Of a DNA stretch of 64,000 nucleotides, positions 24,930 to 38,600 are shown piece by piece. Within the stretch, counting starts at the first letter, position 1. Each line of letters opens with the position of its first letter. Under the pieces are notes generated by a model that made no database searches, was not told the DNA's origin, and was given only the letters and a program-made list of their open reading frames with translations. Source of the DNA: Paragordius varius (lineage: Eukaryota > Animalia > Nematomorpha); NCBI GenBank assembly GCA_964247055.1, contig OZ176051.1, forward strand, positions 8,928,001 through 8,992,000, written 5' to 3'. The position numbers and the translations under genes were made by a program.

Positions 24930-25520
24930 CTTTTAACACTTGGATACAACATATTCATTTTAGTCCTTCGATTCAAATTGGTAGTTAAATACCCCAGGCC
25001 TGTTAAAAATTAAATTCTTTAAAAAATATGGTAGGAATTGAAACCATGGCAAAAGTGTGCACTTATATAACATTAATGAACCCAAATATAAAAAAAAATC
25101 ATTCAAAAATACTTGATATTACTTATTATAAGGTAAGAAAAGGTAAAAATTTAGTCAACCTGACATGTGTGCCAAAATATAAAAATGTTACAAAATAAAC
25201 CACTTTTTCTGTGTCTATCAATTTTAGATGTGATTTGAATAATAAATTAGCTTTAATTTTAGCTTTTAAATTATATAAAAACGATATATTGAATAAATGT
25301 TGTAAAATAAAAATGGCGGCGAAATAGTTTGATATGGAACTTTTTTAAAACTAAATTTTATAAAGATATTTCGGCGTTTTTATATAATTTTTAGGATAAT
25401 AGCAGGATAAATTATTAGGACCGTTTCTGTCAGTAGTTTTTAAAAAATATCTAATTAAATATTGTCTGGGGTATTTAGATACCTCAATTTGAATCGAAAA
25501 GTTAATTGTGGCTAAACTAA
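24930..25520. repeat. Solo arm of the foldback family at 14190-15660
   Basis: Colinear similarity to 15060-15660 (AACACTTGGATACAAC..GTCCTTCGATTCAAATTGG..ATGGCGGCGAAATAG..GTCTGGGGTATTTAG). Confidence 0.75.
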
Positions 25521-25953
25521 ACATTATCAGAAGAATACGCATGTTGAATAAATGCTTACGTAAAACAATAAAAAAATATTAAAATCGATTAAAAACGTAC
25601 GTTTATCAAAAGTTTTTATGCAGGACTGTACACAAGATGTGCGCAATTTTGCCATTTTAAGATATGTAGAACTTACTACAAAAGTGAAAAAACTTTCTTA
25701 AATTATTCGTAATAGCCAAAAACAAAAGAACCATGATTAGTTATACATTTCCCTATTATTATATATATTTTTCATTATTTTAACCAGATTTTGAATGCAG
25801 TGTAATGTGGAAAATTTTCGACATAAATATGTAATTATTGTTTATTAAAATCCTTATAAAATCACAAAATTGGCAACATATTTTTCATTATATGAGCAAA
25901 AAGGAATGAGCAATCACATAAAAGTATGATATAAATCTATATGTTTATTTTAA

Positions 25954-27471
25954 TTAAATTCCAAATAATCTTTTGGTTGATTGATAGTATTTTCTGAATA
26001 TATTTGAAAAGGCTGTTTTGAAATTTGTGTCCAATAGAGAATATGTGACAAAGAAGAACGAATAGCTCACGGCTTCAAACACTAAAAATAGGGGTGACAC
26101 TTGCGTCAAAAAATGACGATTATTACCGTTCGTTTTGAGTCGGAAAAAATACCAAAATTTTGCAAATTCATACGGTTCGAAACACAAAGTTGTCCAAATA
26201 ATCAAAATTAAAAGAAACCAAGCCTTAAGTAAAGCATTACTGTATATTTGCATTCCTTTGCGGCAACTATTACTGTGTGCATGATGAAATAAAATATAGA
26301 TCGAATTGTTTCTGTTTATGTTTTGATTAATGTTATGTATCAGTGTTGCAACGGTAGATTTGTTGAATGGTGGCTTCTGGGTTGTTAAATCAAGCGTATT
26401 TCGGGACTTGTTATTTTTTAAATTCCCACCGAGATTTTGTGAACAGGTTGGTTGCGCATCCTTGATTTCATTACCAGTCGTAATAATTTTTTCCTCCATG
26501 TATTTGGACTGCGTAGGAAGATTGGATTTATCAAAAATTTCAGGGGCAGAAATGATAGCCTTTGCATTTATACTTGAACATAAAACACTGGCATTCGAGG
26601 ACCCCACTCTTTTAGCCCTTAAGCTTATGAGATAAAGAATGAGTGATATGCATAGCATAAAGCTTAGAGCGATTGGCCCACTTAAAAATGCCAACTCTTT
26701 TACGTAATAAACTGTAACCGCCACCGGGTGAGTTCTTGAAACACGGTATTCCCAATCACATTTGCCTAGAATCAAAGAATGCGTACTATTAAATGGAATC
26801 CAATTGTCATAATTTTTAATTTGTCCACAAAACGAAACAGTTTTGTTCCCAGTGCTATTAGCAAATATATTACCCGGCAAAGTCAAATTGTTAATCGCAT
26901 CTTTTGTACCATTTTGATATGTTAAATTACATGGTAATGTAGAAAAAAATAATTTATGTGGAATGATATTTTTTTCGCGGTGACACCTAAACACATCCAA
27001 CGATTTGGTATTTATAAGTTGCAGTAATAATATACCAATTAGCGTTAGTATGGGTGATAATTTGTATGTCCAAGTCTTTCGAATAACCTTGATTCTATGT
27101 GGTTTCATAATACATAAATAACGATCAAACACGTAATACAGTTTAACTAAATGAAATAGTTTAACAAACGTCTGCCGTATAACAATATGAGCTTTGCGGG
27201 ACACAAGAAGCGCGTCACATTGAACCCAAATTTTGGGCATACCCTCCACAATCCAACTCGAGGACATAAGGTTTAGCAGTAAATTCGTAAGGCACATAAT
27301 TTTAAGGAAGTAATAATTCAAGCTACGGAATTCCCGATGAATCATAAATGCAATAAACATGGAACCATTTAAAATAAGACCCATTAAATTTAACACGGGT
27401 AATATGCGGGTCAGTACTAAAACCGACTGTGGATTTAAACTAACTACGGGTGCGCTACATATCTCTAACAT
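25954..27471 (-). CDS. Intronless rhodopsin-like (class A) 7TM GPCR, ~505 aa, probably peptide-receptor-like; orphan
   Basis: Long ORF with seven hydrophobic segments. TM1 GLILNG, TM3 end VFDRYLCIMKPH (DRY), TM6 WTTLCFEPY, TM7/helix 8 FFFVTYSLLDTNFKTAF. First ATG is 27471; the ORF track starts at an upstream TTG. Confidence 0.85.
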   Translation of the reverse strand: MLEICSAPVVSLNPQSVLVLTRILPVLNLMGLILNGSMFIAFMIHREFRSLNYYFLKIMCLTNLLLNLMSSSWIVEGMPKIWVQCDALLVSRKAHIVIRQTFVKLFHLVKLYYVFDRYLCIMKPHRIKVIRKTWTYKLSPILTLIGILLLQLINTKSLDVFRCHREKNIIPHKLFFSTLPCNLTYQNGTKDAINNLTLPGNIFANSTGNKTVSFCGQIKNYDNWIPFNSTHSLILGKCDWEYRVSRTHPVAVTVYYVKELAFLSGPIALSFMLCISLILYLISLRAKRVGSSNASVLCSSINAKAIISAPEIFDKSNLPTQSKYMEEKIITTGNEIKDAQPTCSQNLGGNLKNNKSRNTLDLTTQKPPFNKSTVATLIHNINQNINRNNSIYILFHHAHSNSCRKGMQIYSNALLKAWFLLILIIWTTLCFEPYEFAKFWYFFRLKTNGNNRHFLTQVSPLFLVFEAVSYSFFFVTYSLLDTNFKTAFSNIFRKYYQSTKRLFGI

Positions 27472-29699
27472 TTTGGTATATATAGAAAAAAATTTCAAGT
27501 ATAATATGGAATATTTTAAATAATTCTAAATGTTAATTGGCTTTGTATTGATTTTTAACTTCTAATTATGGGAATTTTGAAAGAATATGATTTCACTGAA
27601 CCTAATTATTTACAAACACACTTTAGACAGCAAGCATGTATAGTGATTATTTCCATTTTTGCAATGGCACACTAGTCATTATAATCAAATGATACATTGG
27701 AGCCTTATTAATAATTAATAATTTAAAAAGTATTAAGTCTTTATTTTCAAACATAAATAAGGTGATTAATGAAGAAAACAGTAGTTATTTTTAGGTGATG
27801 TATTCACAAAACATTATATGATATTAGGAAAATACACAATTTAATACTTTCAATACCCAAAACAAGTATTATCAACTCATGATAATTTAATTTTATCTTG
27901 ACTTTGTACTGATAAATTATTATGTAAGGGTTATGAGTTTTTTTGTTTTTCAAGAAAATCCAAAATAAGTTTTTACTTGATACAAATTTATGAAAATATT
28001 TAGAAATAAGATATAAATTTTATTAAGTGTTAAGGAAATCCATTAATCCTTGGTTAATGCATAGAAAGAATTCATCTATAATCAATTAAATTTAAAGTAC
28101 AGATGCGCTTCCTCCGTACCCATTTACACTCTAATTATTTGTAAATATTTATTTATGGAGTTTAAAAGATAAATTAATTATATAAATTTATTATTATATT
28201 ATCTATAAAAATTATTAGTGTTGGTTATAGAACAAAAAATTATGGGAATCAATATTTGATTAATATATATATTGGATGTGAGATATTGGCGTTGGTGCAT
28301 ACAGGTCTTATCTTAAACGAAAAATGCATTTGAGTCCAATCATAAATATTTAAAAGTAAAAAAATGATTGATAAAATAAATATTAAAACCGGTGACGTTA
28401 AAGAAGGATTTACACTTTACCCAAAGCCTGATGAAACATCTGTTCGGCGGCATTGGAATATTGTACATTTCTCACGCTTTAAAGTTGACGTTCTCTATCA
28501 TATGTCAATTTGTAAAATAAATTAATTAGAATTCAGCAATATCGCATTTATTTAAAAGTACACTTTATCAATAAAACAAAATATATTGGATACGCATCGT
28601 TTTTTAATGCTTAATTAAACGAGGTAGAATGCCGCGGCTTAGTCGGAATAAATAACTTTATATTCATATGCTAAATCCTATTTTAGGCTTTTAATGGATT
28701 ATTATTGTCTATTTGTTTTCTGCTGTTTCCTTAATCCATTCATTGTCTATATTTTTCTGCTAAGTTAATATGTGTATATTATCCAAATCAAAGGAACGGA
28801 AAACTTAAAATCCACATGACAATCTAATATATGGATTTCTCGCCAAAAAATAAATTTCATCCAAATCGAATATAGCATTATCCAAAGCACCAAATCCTCC
28901 ATGAAAATTTACAATTATAGGAAAAGTAACAACAAATTTGTCCTGAAAAATTAATTACAGACAGCCATTATATTTAATCAAAATTATTGGATATTTCAAT
29001 CATTTATAATGTTGTCTAATCCGCAATCTCCGAAAAATTAAAACTTCTTTATATTATTTCGAATTTTGCACTAAAATAGTACGTACGAAATTAAACATCT
29101 GAACAAAAGGTTTATGTTAAATTATTTGACTGAATATGGATTATAATTATTATAATGTAATGATTCCGGTTATAATTGGAGCGTACGGTTCGGTATGATT
29201 TTTTTAGTCGATTGGCGCGGTTAACACATATTTCAAACTTTCCGCGCGGTTTAGGTCACAAACCCCACTGAACCTGACACGAACCCGATTTTAAATTTTA
29301 TGTATAGTTTTAACTTTGCCCTATTTTTGAATCCGTAATTAATATAATTATTAAATGCTTCAAGACAGTATATCACATAAATAGTCTTTGTTTTAGTTAT
29401 TAAATTTGATACATTTGACAAAAGCATTGCCGCCGAAAAGTATTCAATAACCACTGTTAATATTCCACAAAACATGGAAAAGTTAACACATATTATAAAT
29501 GGTAGGATTGGACCTTTTAAAGTTTTAACCAATTCCAACGCAAAGAAAGTTATTAAATGCATATCAGGTATGTTTATAATTATTTACCAGTTTAACTAAG
29601 AGAAGATGCCAGAGAAAAGTATGCAGGATTAAATTGATACATACCCGTTTGTTTATGTGTAATTAAACAAACACACACAAATAGCTCTTAAAAAACTAA

Positions 29700-30350
29700 C
29701 AACTTATTTTTATTCAGTAATCATGACATATTTTATGCTTGAAATAGAACAGTTGCGACACACATTATCGTTGGACAGAAACATATGGTGAACATGCTCC
29801 ATAGTTGAAGACAATTAAAACATGGTCACATTTGGTCAGAAGTGGCTTTATATTTGCGAATCCAAACCGGAGAAAATCATGGTTACCTTTCCAAACCAAT
29901 CCATCACCAATAAGACCAAATGGCTTCGGCAAAAAACCTCATACACCTTTGTCTTGTGGACGAGAGCGGTATTGTGTAACATAAACTTTTGAAATCCGTG
30001 AAATTTTAAAAAACAACACTTGCTATCAAATAATAATCGAAAAATACCGAAACAAAACATGAAAAGTAATTTTATTACATGACAATGTTTCGCATACAGC
30101 GAAATAGTGAAAGACACTTTTCACATCCACTAAACTCTCCTGACCTGGCGCCATCTGACTACTTAGCATCAATGGAGTACACTCTCGCATTTGAAGACGC
30201 TGGAAAATGGCGTTACGAAGGAGTGCCGCACAATTAGTTTTTCTGGCTCGCCATTTACATTATTCCTAATGACCGAAATGTGCATTATGGTTTATGTATA
30301 TATTTGAAATGAATGTTAATTACAGTGATAAAAACGTGGTGGAATTAGGA
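29700..30350 (+). mobile_element. Decayed Tc1/mariner transposase remnant
   Basis: Fragmented mariner motifs TYGEHAP, FGKK, KVILLHDN and NSPDLAPSDY (mariner YSPDLAP). Many indels and stops. Confidence 0.75.
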
Positions 30351-30658
30351 GGGATCCTCTTTGTGTTGTGTGTGGGAGTGGAATGGCAGAATTCAGAAAC
30401 CGATACTACCCCATTTTCCGCCATCACCAGACCTGGGAAAGCGACTATTAAAGCTTTCACAAGTCTTGATTATAAAATAAATAACCCTTTCAAAGTAAAA
30501 GAAAAAAGCGACTCTAACTAAATTGTATATTTTTTGTTTGTACTGGTTATTAAAAGTGGGTGTTTTAATAAATGCCTTTCCAGTTTTCAATAAAATATTA
30601 AACCCCTGTAAACCAAATTTTACCCACACTATAGTGTGGTGGCCTATTATATGAAAAG

Positions 30659-32054
30659 CAGAGGCCTACCAAGCATTTGCGGCGCCTGGGGCATAAAACT
30701 CTTATGGCGCCTCCACCCCCCCCCCCTCCTCTTTTTGAAAGTCAATAAAAAAAATTTGTAAAAAATGCAAACGTTGCAACTTAAACACCATAGATAAGTA
30801 CATTATTTCAACATGTCCTAGAAAAGGGAAATTTTGGGTGATTAGAGATTTCATGCAGGCCAATATTCGATGGAAAATATTTCACCAGCGATCCTTTTCC
30901 GATTGTAAATGAGCTTCTAGAGCAGAATCAATTCTATCAATCTTTTCTGCCTCTTTCCAAATGGTAAATGCTTTCCGATGATTGAGGCTATTTTCATGAT
31001 GGATTAATTTATCTTTTTTCCTCCATTTATTAAAACCATGCGTAATGGAATTAGGTCGATCAAAAAATAGGCATCAAAAACAATACGTAGATCTGTTCTT
31101 TGGTGAATATAAATGCCAAGACCTCTCAACTTCAAATCCTTCTTTTTTATCGACACGTGGACAAGATTGGGGCTTTAAACGATGATTTTTTGTTTCAAAG
31201 AGATTGCATTTATTTTGAAATTCTTGAGATCCACGAATAATCATTTCTGTACTCAGTTGATTTTATATTACGGGAACATAATTATTAGTAATTTTTAAAA
31301 AGGTGACATCATTAAACTCTATAGGTATAGCGTTTGGAATTAGTGGTATTGTAGTTTTCTCATCTGTATTTATTGGATCAATAACTAGGGTTTCAGGTGT
31401 ATTAAGTTATTATTAAGGGGTACCGTTATGTTTGGGTCGCATACATTTTTTTTCAATGTTATGGTTAGATATTTTCGTTAAAAAAGATTTCATCCTCATT
31501 CGCATTTTATTTGTTTTATTCTCTTCCTGGATTTTACGTTTCCTATTTGCGTGACCGCTGAGTTTAGGCATGATATCTGATGAAAATGAAAGTAATTATA
31601 AAAAAATACAAGGTTATATTAATAATGAAAACCTACCTTGTTAGAGATAGAATGATCTTGGGGATTTAAATAAATAAAATTGGGTTTTATGATTAAAATA
31701 AAAATGCATAGAAATTAGAAGAATACGAGATAAGGTTTTGAACGGGGAGAGAAGTTAAAATAATTTAATTAAAAGCAATAAAACAATTATCAATATGTGC
31801 GTGATAGAGAAACGTTGCGAAAAAATAATTTTGCACGTTTTTAAGGGAATATCTACATCATAATGTTTTATCTTCATCTCATTTATATAATTTTTATATT
31901 ATTTTAGGGATTAAATTGCTGAATAATCTTACTTAAAGATTGTTATTTTTCTTTCATAATTTAAATTTAATTTTAAAAAAATCATTTAGGCGCCCCTAAA
32001 TAACGGCGCCCGGGGCATGATGCACCCCCTTGCCCCCCCATCGGTACGCCACTG
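30659..32054 (-). mobile_element. hAT deletion derivative (Tip100/ZMYM1-type transposase N-terminus)
   Basis: TIR CAGAGGCCTACC / GGTACGCCACTG; TSD ATGAAAAG/ATAAAAAG (7 of 8 match). GC-rich GGCGCC subterminal repeats. Minus-strand remnants MPKLSGHANRKRKIQEENK and HLYSPKNRSTYCF*CLFF (TTF-type zinc finger). Confidence 0.8.
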
Positions 32055-32673
32055 ATAAAAAGGAGTGCACTTACAAACCGCGTTAACATTTTGTCTCCTA
32101 AACTTGAAAAAAAAATAGTTTCACGTATTAATGGAAGTCGGCTGTTATCTGTGCATAGATAAAAAATGGTTATTCTTAAACGATAAAATCTCTCTCTATT
32201 ATATAAATAAAAAATTTTGTTGTTGTTGTATATCCTGTTTATGGCAATTCAACCATGAATTTCAAATCCTAAAGGATATTAATGATGTGTTAATATTAAT
32301 GTTATACCAACTAATGTTAAGGCTTAATATTGTGTGATAATTTGAAGAGTTTACAAGCTTTAAAATTTTAATATCAGACCAGCGGAATCTATCAGTATTC
32401 TCTGAAAATATTAGAGGTATTATTCCGAATTACTACCCTCAACATATTTTTTTATATTCTACCAATTAATTTGTTCAATGACAATCCATGGTCCAAGTTG
32501 TTTTTAAATAACATTTTTTATCACTTATGGAGAAGTCATCTATATTAAAAAAACCAAGTCTTCATATCAATATCAATATTGCTTATTTTTTTACGCAAAA
32601 TTTCTGTCTATTTCCCTTCACTTCGAAAGGGATCAAAACCAAAGAACCCGATGATAAGCCTCACATAATAATA

Positions 32674-35600
32674 TTAAGAAAATAAATTCAAACGGCCCTG
32701 ACATTTAATAAAGACAAAATTTTGCATATTTACAAATTAATTTAAAATATTAACGTAAAAAAACTAAAAATTAAAACTTTTAACATATTCTTCCCACCAC
32801 AAGATCGAATTTGTTTCATTAGAGTATCCCTGTTAAATGGCAATGTTTTGGCAGAGTTGTGATTTTGTATGCGAGGCTCACAATTCACATCATTTTTGCA
32901 AAGATCATTTGATTTTTGGCAGTGTATCCCATTTATATTCATAGGAATGTTTGACCCACCTGACATGATTTCCTTTAAATTATAGAATGAATTTAGTTTT
33001 GGTGCAATTGGAGGTGATTTTGTTGGAGTTATTTTATTATCAGAGGGCGGTGTTATACAGTCAGATGAAGGATTATCAATTTTATTACTATTGCAATTTA
33101 ACAATTTTTCTAGCATTTTACGATTTTCAATGAATTGGCTTCCTTGAGGTTTTTCTATTTCCACACTTTTACTATTATCTAAATGTTATAATATTAATGG
33201 CGTAAAATATGGAATGTTTTTTTTAGATATTTCGACATTAAAAAAAGTTACATTAAATATTCATATAATTAATTTTACTTATTTTTAAATGGCTTCGCAA
33301 AAATATTTAACAAAACGAATATCTCATTTATTGGATAAAAAACATCAAATAAAATGAATAGCCGTAATCGTGAAAAAATTAAAAGCTTAACTAACACCAA
33401 GATTTGCCCAAAAAATGTTTAAAAATACAACCTTTCCGGTATTTTCCGTATATCGGCGATTCTATGTTACAACCAATTCCGAAAATAAAAAACTATATTT
33501 TATTAGTCTTAAATGAATACTAAACTTTATGTGCCAAATAAAGGTATGAAGAATTTTAATATACTATATGTGTTTTTTTTTAATGAAAGTCCTCCTTTTT
33601 TCTTAAAATGGTAAAAGTCTCAACGTGCTAAAAAATTAATTGCTATTTGGTTAACTATATATAATATTTAAAAAAGTCGTTACCCACAATATTTCTATCC
33701 AATTCTCTAAAAGTGTTAACTGTACTGCTGTTATGAGGTTTATGATTAATATCTTTATCAAAAGTTATATCATCGTTATCGCTACTGGTCCCACTCCGTG
33801 AATCAAAACCCGGTGAGCAATGTGCATAAATGTTTTGAAGTTTGGATGCCATACTGCTTTGAAAACTTGGGCTCTCATAGGGTAATTGCGCAGATTTTAT
33901 GGATGTGTTAACAATTGTTGCATGTTTAATATGAGTTATAGGAGTCGAATTATTATTGCAATTTATAGGGTTTTTATTCGAAGTAGTTTTTATGGTTACG
34001 ATATGTAAGTGGGAATGTTTTGTTCTATCAGATTCATCAAGTGTTAAATCATTGAACGTTGAACAGGTAATTTTCTCATTCCCAAAGTTAACATTGTTGT
34101 CCGATGTTATATTTTCCAAATATTTTTCATTTGTATTTTCTGGATTGTTACTGCACGTTTTATCTGAAGTTATGTTCACACAAATATTTTGTTTAACCGG
34201 AGAAGTAATGACTAGATTAGATTGAGCGGCGTTGCCATGCGTTTCTATATTTGATTCCGCTAAAACATTATTTGTAGTGTTACATTTACAAGGGTTCTCA
34301 TGAGTTGGCAGTGATTTGCATTCACTTATTTTTGCTGGCAAATTTTTGCTAAAATCATTAAGTTTTATGGTTGTTTCTATTTTATCAGATACACGTTCTT
34401 CTACCATTTTCACATTTGATATAGTTTTAGACAACGATGCATTTTGTGCATTAGATTTCGATTTGGTCCCAAGAGATTTACATTTTTCCTTTTTTATATT
34501 TTGGGTAGGATCGGGACACGATACATCCTTTTCCATATTATTGTTATTAACATTAGAAAATTTACTGTGATTTGATGAACGAAATAACGTTGTAAGCGTC
34601 CATGGCCTTTCTTTTTCCTTATCTAATATTGACGGTTTAGTATCTGCCGAAGGGTCCTCCTCTGATTTTCTTGATTTTATGCTGGATGGTTTGCTTTCTT
34701 GCTTGGGAATATCATTTCTAATTAATATTATATATTTACAGTTACAAAAAGCAATGTAGCAATATATATATGTGTATTACTTGCATTTGAGGATTATATC
34801 GCTACAATCTGATGTGCGAAATTTGTAAACTTTATTATGATGGCTATCATTTTTATTGAATATGTCACTATGTTGGACTCTCAAATTTGGTGGTAATTTG
34901 TTTTTATGCTTGTCTAATTCTCTTATATTTTTTATAAAAATCGGAATTTCATTTGATTTTAGCGCATGTATATCCATCGATGATTTGGTTTTGGGCGAAA
35001 GTGAAGTTGTTAATTCACTGTTTTTTGCATCAGAATTTTTTTTAGAGAATTCTGCATTACGGTGTGAATTTTCACACATGATTTTGGTGTTGGCATCTAT
35101 TTGGATATTTATAGTAATAAAATAATATCATATCCATGTTTATTTATAACAAATTGTTAAATAATTTAATTTTATCGATTTTACCTCCACCTATGTTCAC
35201 ATATTTATACAAAGCATTTGCTTAATTTACTCTTATTTCATTGACATATTCTATTTAAAATATATGTAGTCCAATCAAAAGAGAATCCAAAATAAATGCT
35301 ATTTAAAGGCTATCTTATCTAAAAATTATACAATATAAAGCGGAAGCTGTATACACTGTCCTGATAAATCGATAAATTTGTATAAATATTATGAGTGGTG
35401 TTACGTTTTTTTGTAAGTTATGATTATTTTTTGGCAAATAAATATATTTCAAATTAAGGTGTCTAGCATGAAAATTGGAAGGTTTTTGAATCAAGGAACA
35501 TTTAAACTTTTATTCAGGTTACGATCTAACATACATTAAACCATACATTGATATATATAAATATACTGCAAAAAAGAGAGTAATTTTTTTAAAAATTTTC

Positions 35601-38600
35601 ATGAGATAAGCTTATGACCAGCGACATTTGCCGTAAAAATTTTAATTTGTTCGATCTAGTTCTTAAAATATTAAGAGATAATCGAAATCGGGCAAAAAGT
35701 GAAAATTAAGGATAATTCAAAAAATAATGATAAAAGTTAAGGTATTATGGTTTATTATCCTTTTAGGAGATATTTTCAATTTATAAATAGCCTAAAATCA
35801 TATAGTTAGGGAGTCTATATAATCTCAGTTCAAAAGATGGGGTTTTTCTTTTAACACACTAAAAAGACAAAAAAATTTTTATGAAACTATATAAAATATT
35901 GTTTAATTACTTAATAGCTAAACTCACTATTAAAATTTTAACATTCTTATTTTATTTAGTAAAAAAACTTATATATAAAAAAAACTGTTTTTTATTTTTT
36001 CATTTTTTTGTGATCTGGTTTATGAATGTATAAAAAATTTATCCCGTTTTATTTTGGAATCTTATATAAGTGGGAATTTTGAAGTATATAATTAATGCAA
36101 AATAGGATTTAAAAGTAGCGGTATATTTCCCAACAATCCTTACGAATCCCTGTAAAAAGTTTGTTTTAACACAAATTCTTATTTTTACTGGGATATGTAC
36201 GAATTTATGGTTGTTCCACTACATGTAAATTTTATTTTGTATTAATTTATATACTTTATGATTCCCGCTCATGTGAAATTCCAATAAAACAGTTAATTTT
36301 TTATACCGTCATAAACCAGATGACAAAAAATTGAAAAAATAAAAACAATATTTTTTTTATTTTAATATATGAGTTTTTTATTGAATAAAATATGAATGTT
36401 AAGATTATAATAGTGAGTTTAGCTAGTAAATTATAAAAATTATTTTAATATAGTTTCATAAAAAAATGTCTTTTAGGTGTGTTAAAATAAAAACTTCATC
36501 TTTTGAACTGACATTTTATAGAAACCATAACTATATGATTTTAAGCTATTTATAAATTTAAAATATCTCCTAAAATGATAATAAACCATAATATCTCATC
36601 TTTTATCATTATTTTTGAATTTATCTTTTATTATCCATACTCACTTTTTGTCCGATTTCGATTTTCTCTCAATATTTCAAAAAGTTGATCGTAACCAATA
36701 ATCATTACGAATAAATACGCTGGTCACAAGCTATCTAAGGAAAAAAAAATATTTTGTTAAAAAAATTTTTGCACACAATATATATATATATATATAGTTG
36801 TATTATAGGGTTTAATTTGTTCTTGCATATAATGTAAAATCATAGCAAGATTTTTTACGAATCGGATCTAGATTAAACTTATTTGGTATCCCATAGGGCT
36901 AATCAAAACTTTGATCTCTATAATATCGAAAAAATTTTATTTAGCTAAACACTACACAATCTATACAAGAATGAACCAATAAAATTTTTACCTTACATCA
37001 ATGAACACACCTACTTTTACTGAAAAACTATAAAGAGATCAAATGTTGACAACAATATAATGATAAGCGTGAAATAATGTAAGACCTTAGATACCATCTT
37101 TACTACAAAACGGTAGAGATGCCCAATAGAGATAACATATTAGCTTCTAGTTAGTGAGACGGTTATCACAGCACCTAAAGTTGGAAGCACGCCAAATACA
37201 AAAGATCCCAAAGAACCGCTCAACAAATAGTATTTCAACTAACCGTTAAACACCGATTGGGCTGGCTCAATGATCCTTAGAAAAATTGTTCGATATTTAT
37301 CCGTGCCACTAATTAAATCCAATGGGCAATAATAAATGATCGCTCGGCTGTGCAAAAATTAAATGAAATTTGATTGGTCATTACAATAGTTATATAGAAA
37401 GTTTTTGTATTTTTTAACAACAATTTTACGTTTCATATATACAAGAAGAAACTATTCGTAGTTTTTGGAAAAAATTATCCCTTAGAAAATCAGGTATTTT
37501 ATGAGCTTCTTAATATGCATATTTGCTAAAATATTGCTGTGATATAATAAAAGGTATGACAGGGTTAAAATCTCCATATAGTATTTATTTGCCAAAATCT
37601 TTAACACAAAAAAACATTCCAACCTTTGCAGGGGCTCAATGGGACAATATCTTTTGTTGTATGGCATTCTTTACATGGTTCAGTATATATGGTGTCATAT
37701 CCTTTTCCACCGCAGGGACTTTTTAGCAATCTAAATCCATCGTCATCTTTATGATCTTCACTCTGATCAGCGTGATAAAGGGATGCCGGTGCCGGAGAAA
37801 CAGACAAATCTGTTGTATAAGGGCTAAAGGGACTATCACTAATTACAGAATGAACAGGATCACCTAACAAGGGTATCATAGAAAGATATAATTTTGAATT
37901 TTTGGAATATTAAAATTAATAAGATATTACTTCTCATGTTATCGAACGAACATTCTCTGTCGTCGTCTAAGCATTCATATATATTTTCATGTACGTTTAT
38001 GAGGCTGGTATCTTTTATATCTTCACACAATTCGCCAATGTCATTTTCTTTATCAAACTGTTCCTCCCCTTCCGTATCGGTGACTATAATATTAAAAAAT
38101 TATTCAACAGGGTTAAATCTCAAATTAACAAAATTTATATTAATATATAAAAAAATCAATTAAATTAAATTACCGTTGTGCGATAAGATTTGGGTAATCT
38201 TTCCCTCTAAAGGATCAGGTTTTGGTGGTTTAGGAGCTGAGGCTTTTTTAACTTTCTTTTCGTTACATTTTGATTCAGTTGTTTTATTGATTCCTAGCTC
38301 TAAAATTGCGTATTTTAATTATTTTACCTCTATATTCCAATTTTTTACAAATTACAATATAATTATCACAAATATTAGAAAAAAATGAAAAAATATGAAT
38401 TTCTCCGTACCAGTGTAGCACGGTGATGGACTTTGGGATGAAGATCCCAAATACCCTGATGAGAAAGAGCTATCATCTTCAAAAGATTTCGGCTTTTTGC
38501 ACTCATTAGATGATGTCTTATTATTTATATTTCCAGTACTATTACCAACATATTCTTGGTCGGTCGGACTAGAAACAAAATGTGTTTCTATAGCAGTGCT

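Noticed and set aside
28360-28930. Short open frames in a slightly GC-richer patch upstream of the GPCR
   Set aside because: No recognisable protein and no coherent splice chain; may be UTR or decayed repeat.
37482-37623. Apparent 25-nt GT-AG intron after COBL-like exon 8 (37599-37623)
   Set aside because: Splicing it leads to a stop after four codons (DFGK*). It could be a short isoform, but nothing supports that over chance.
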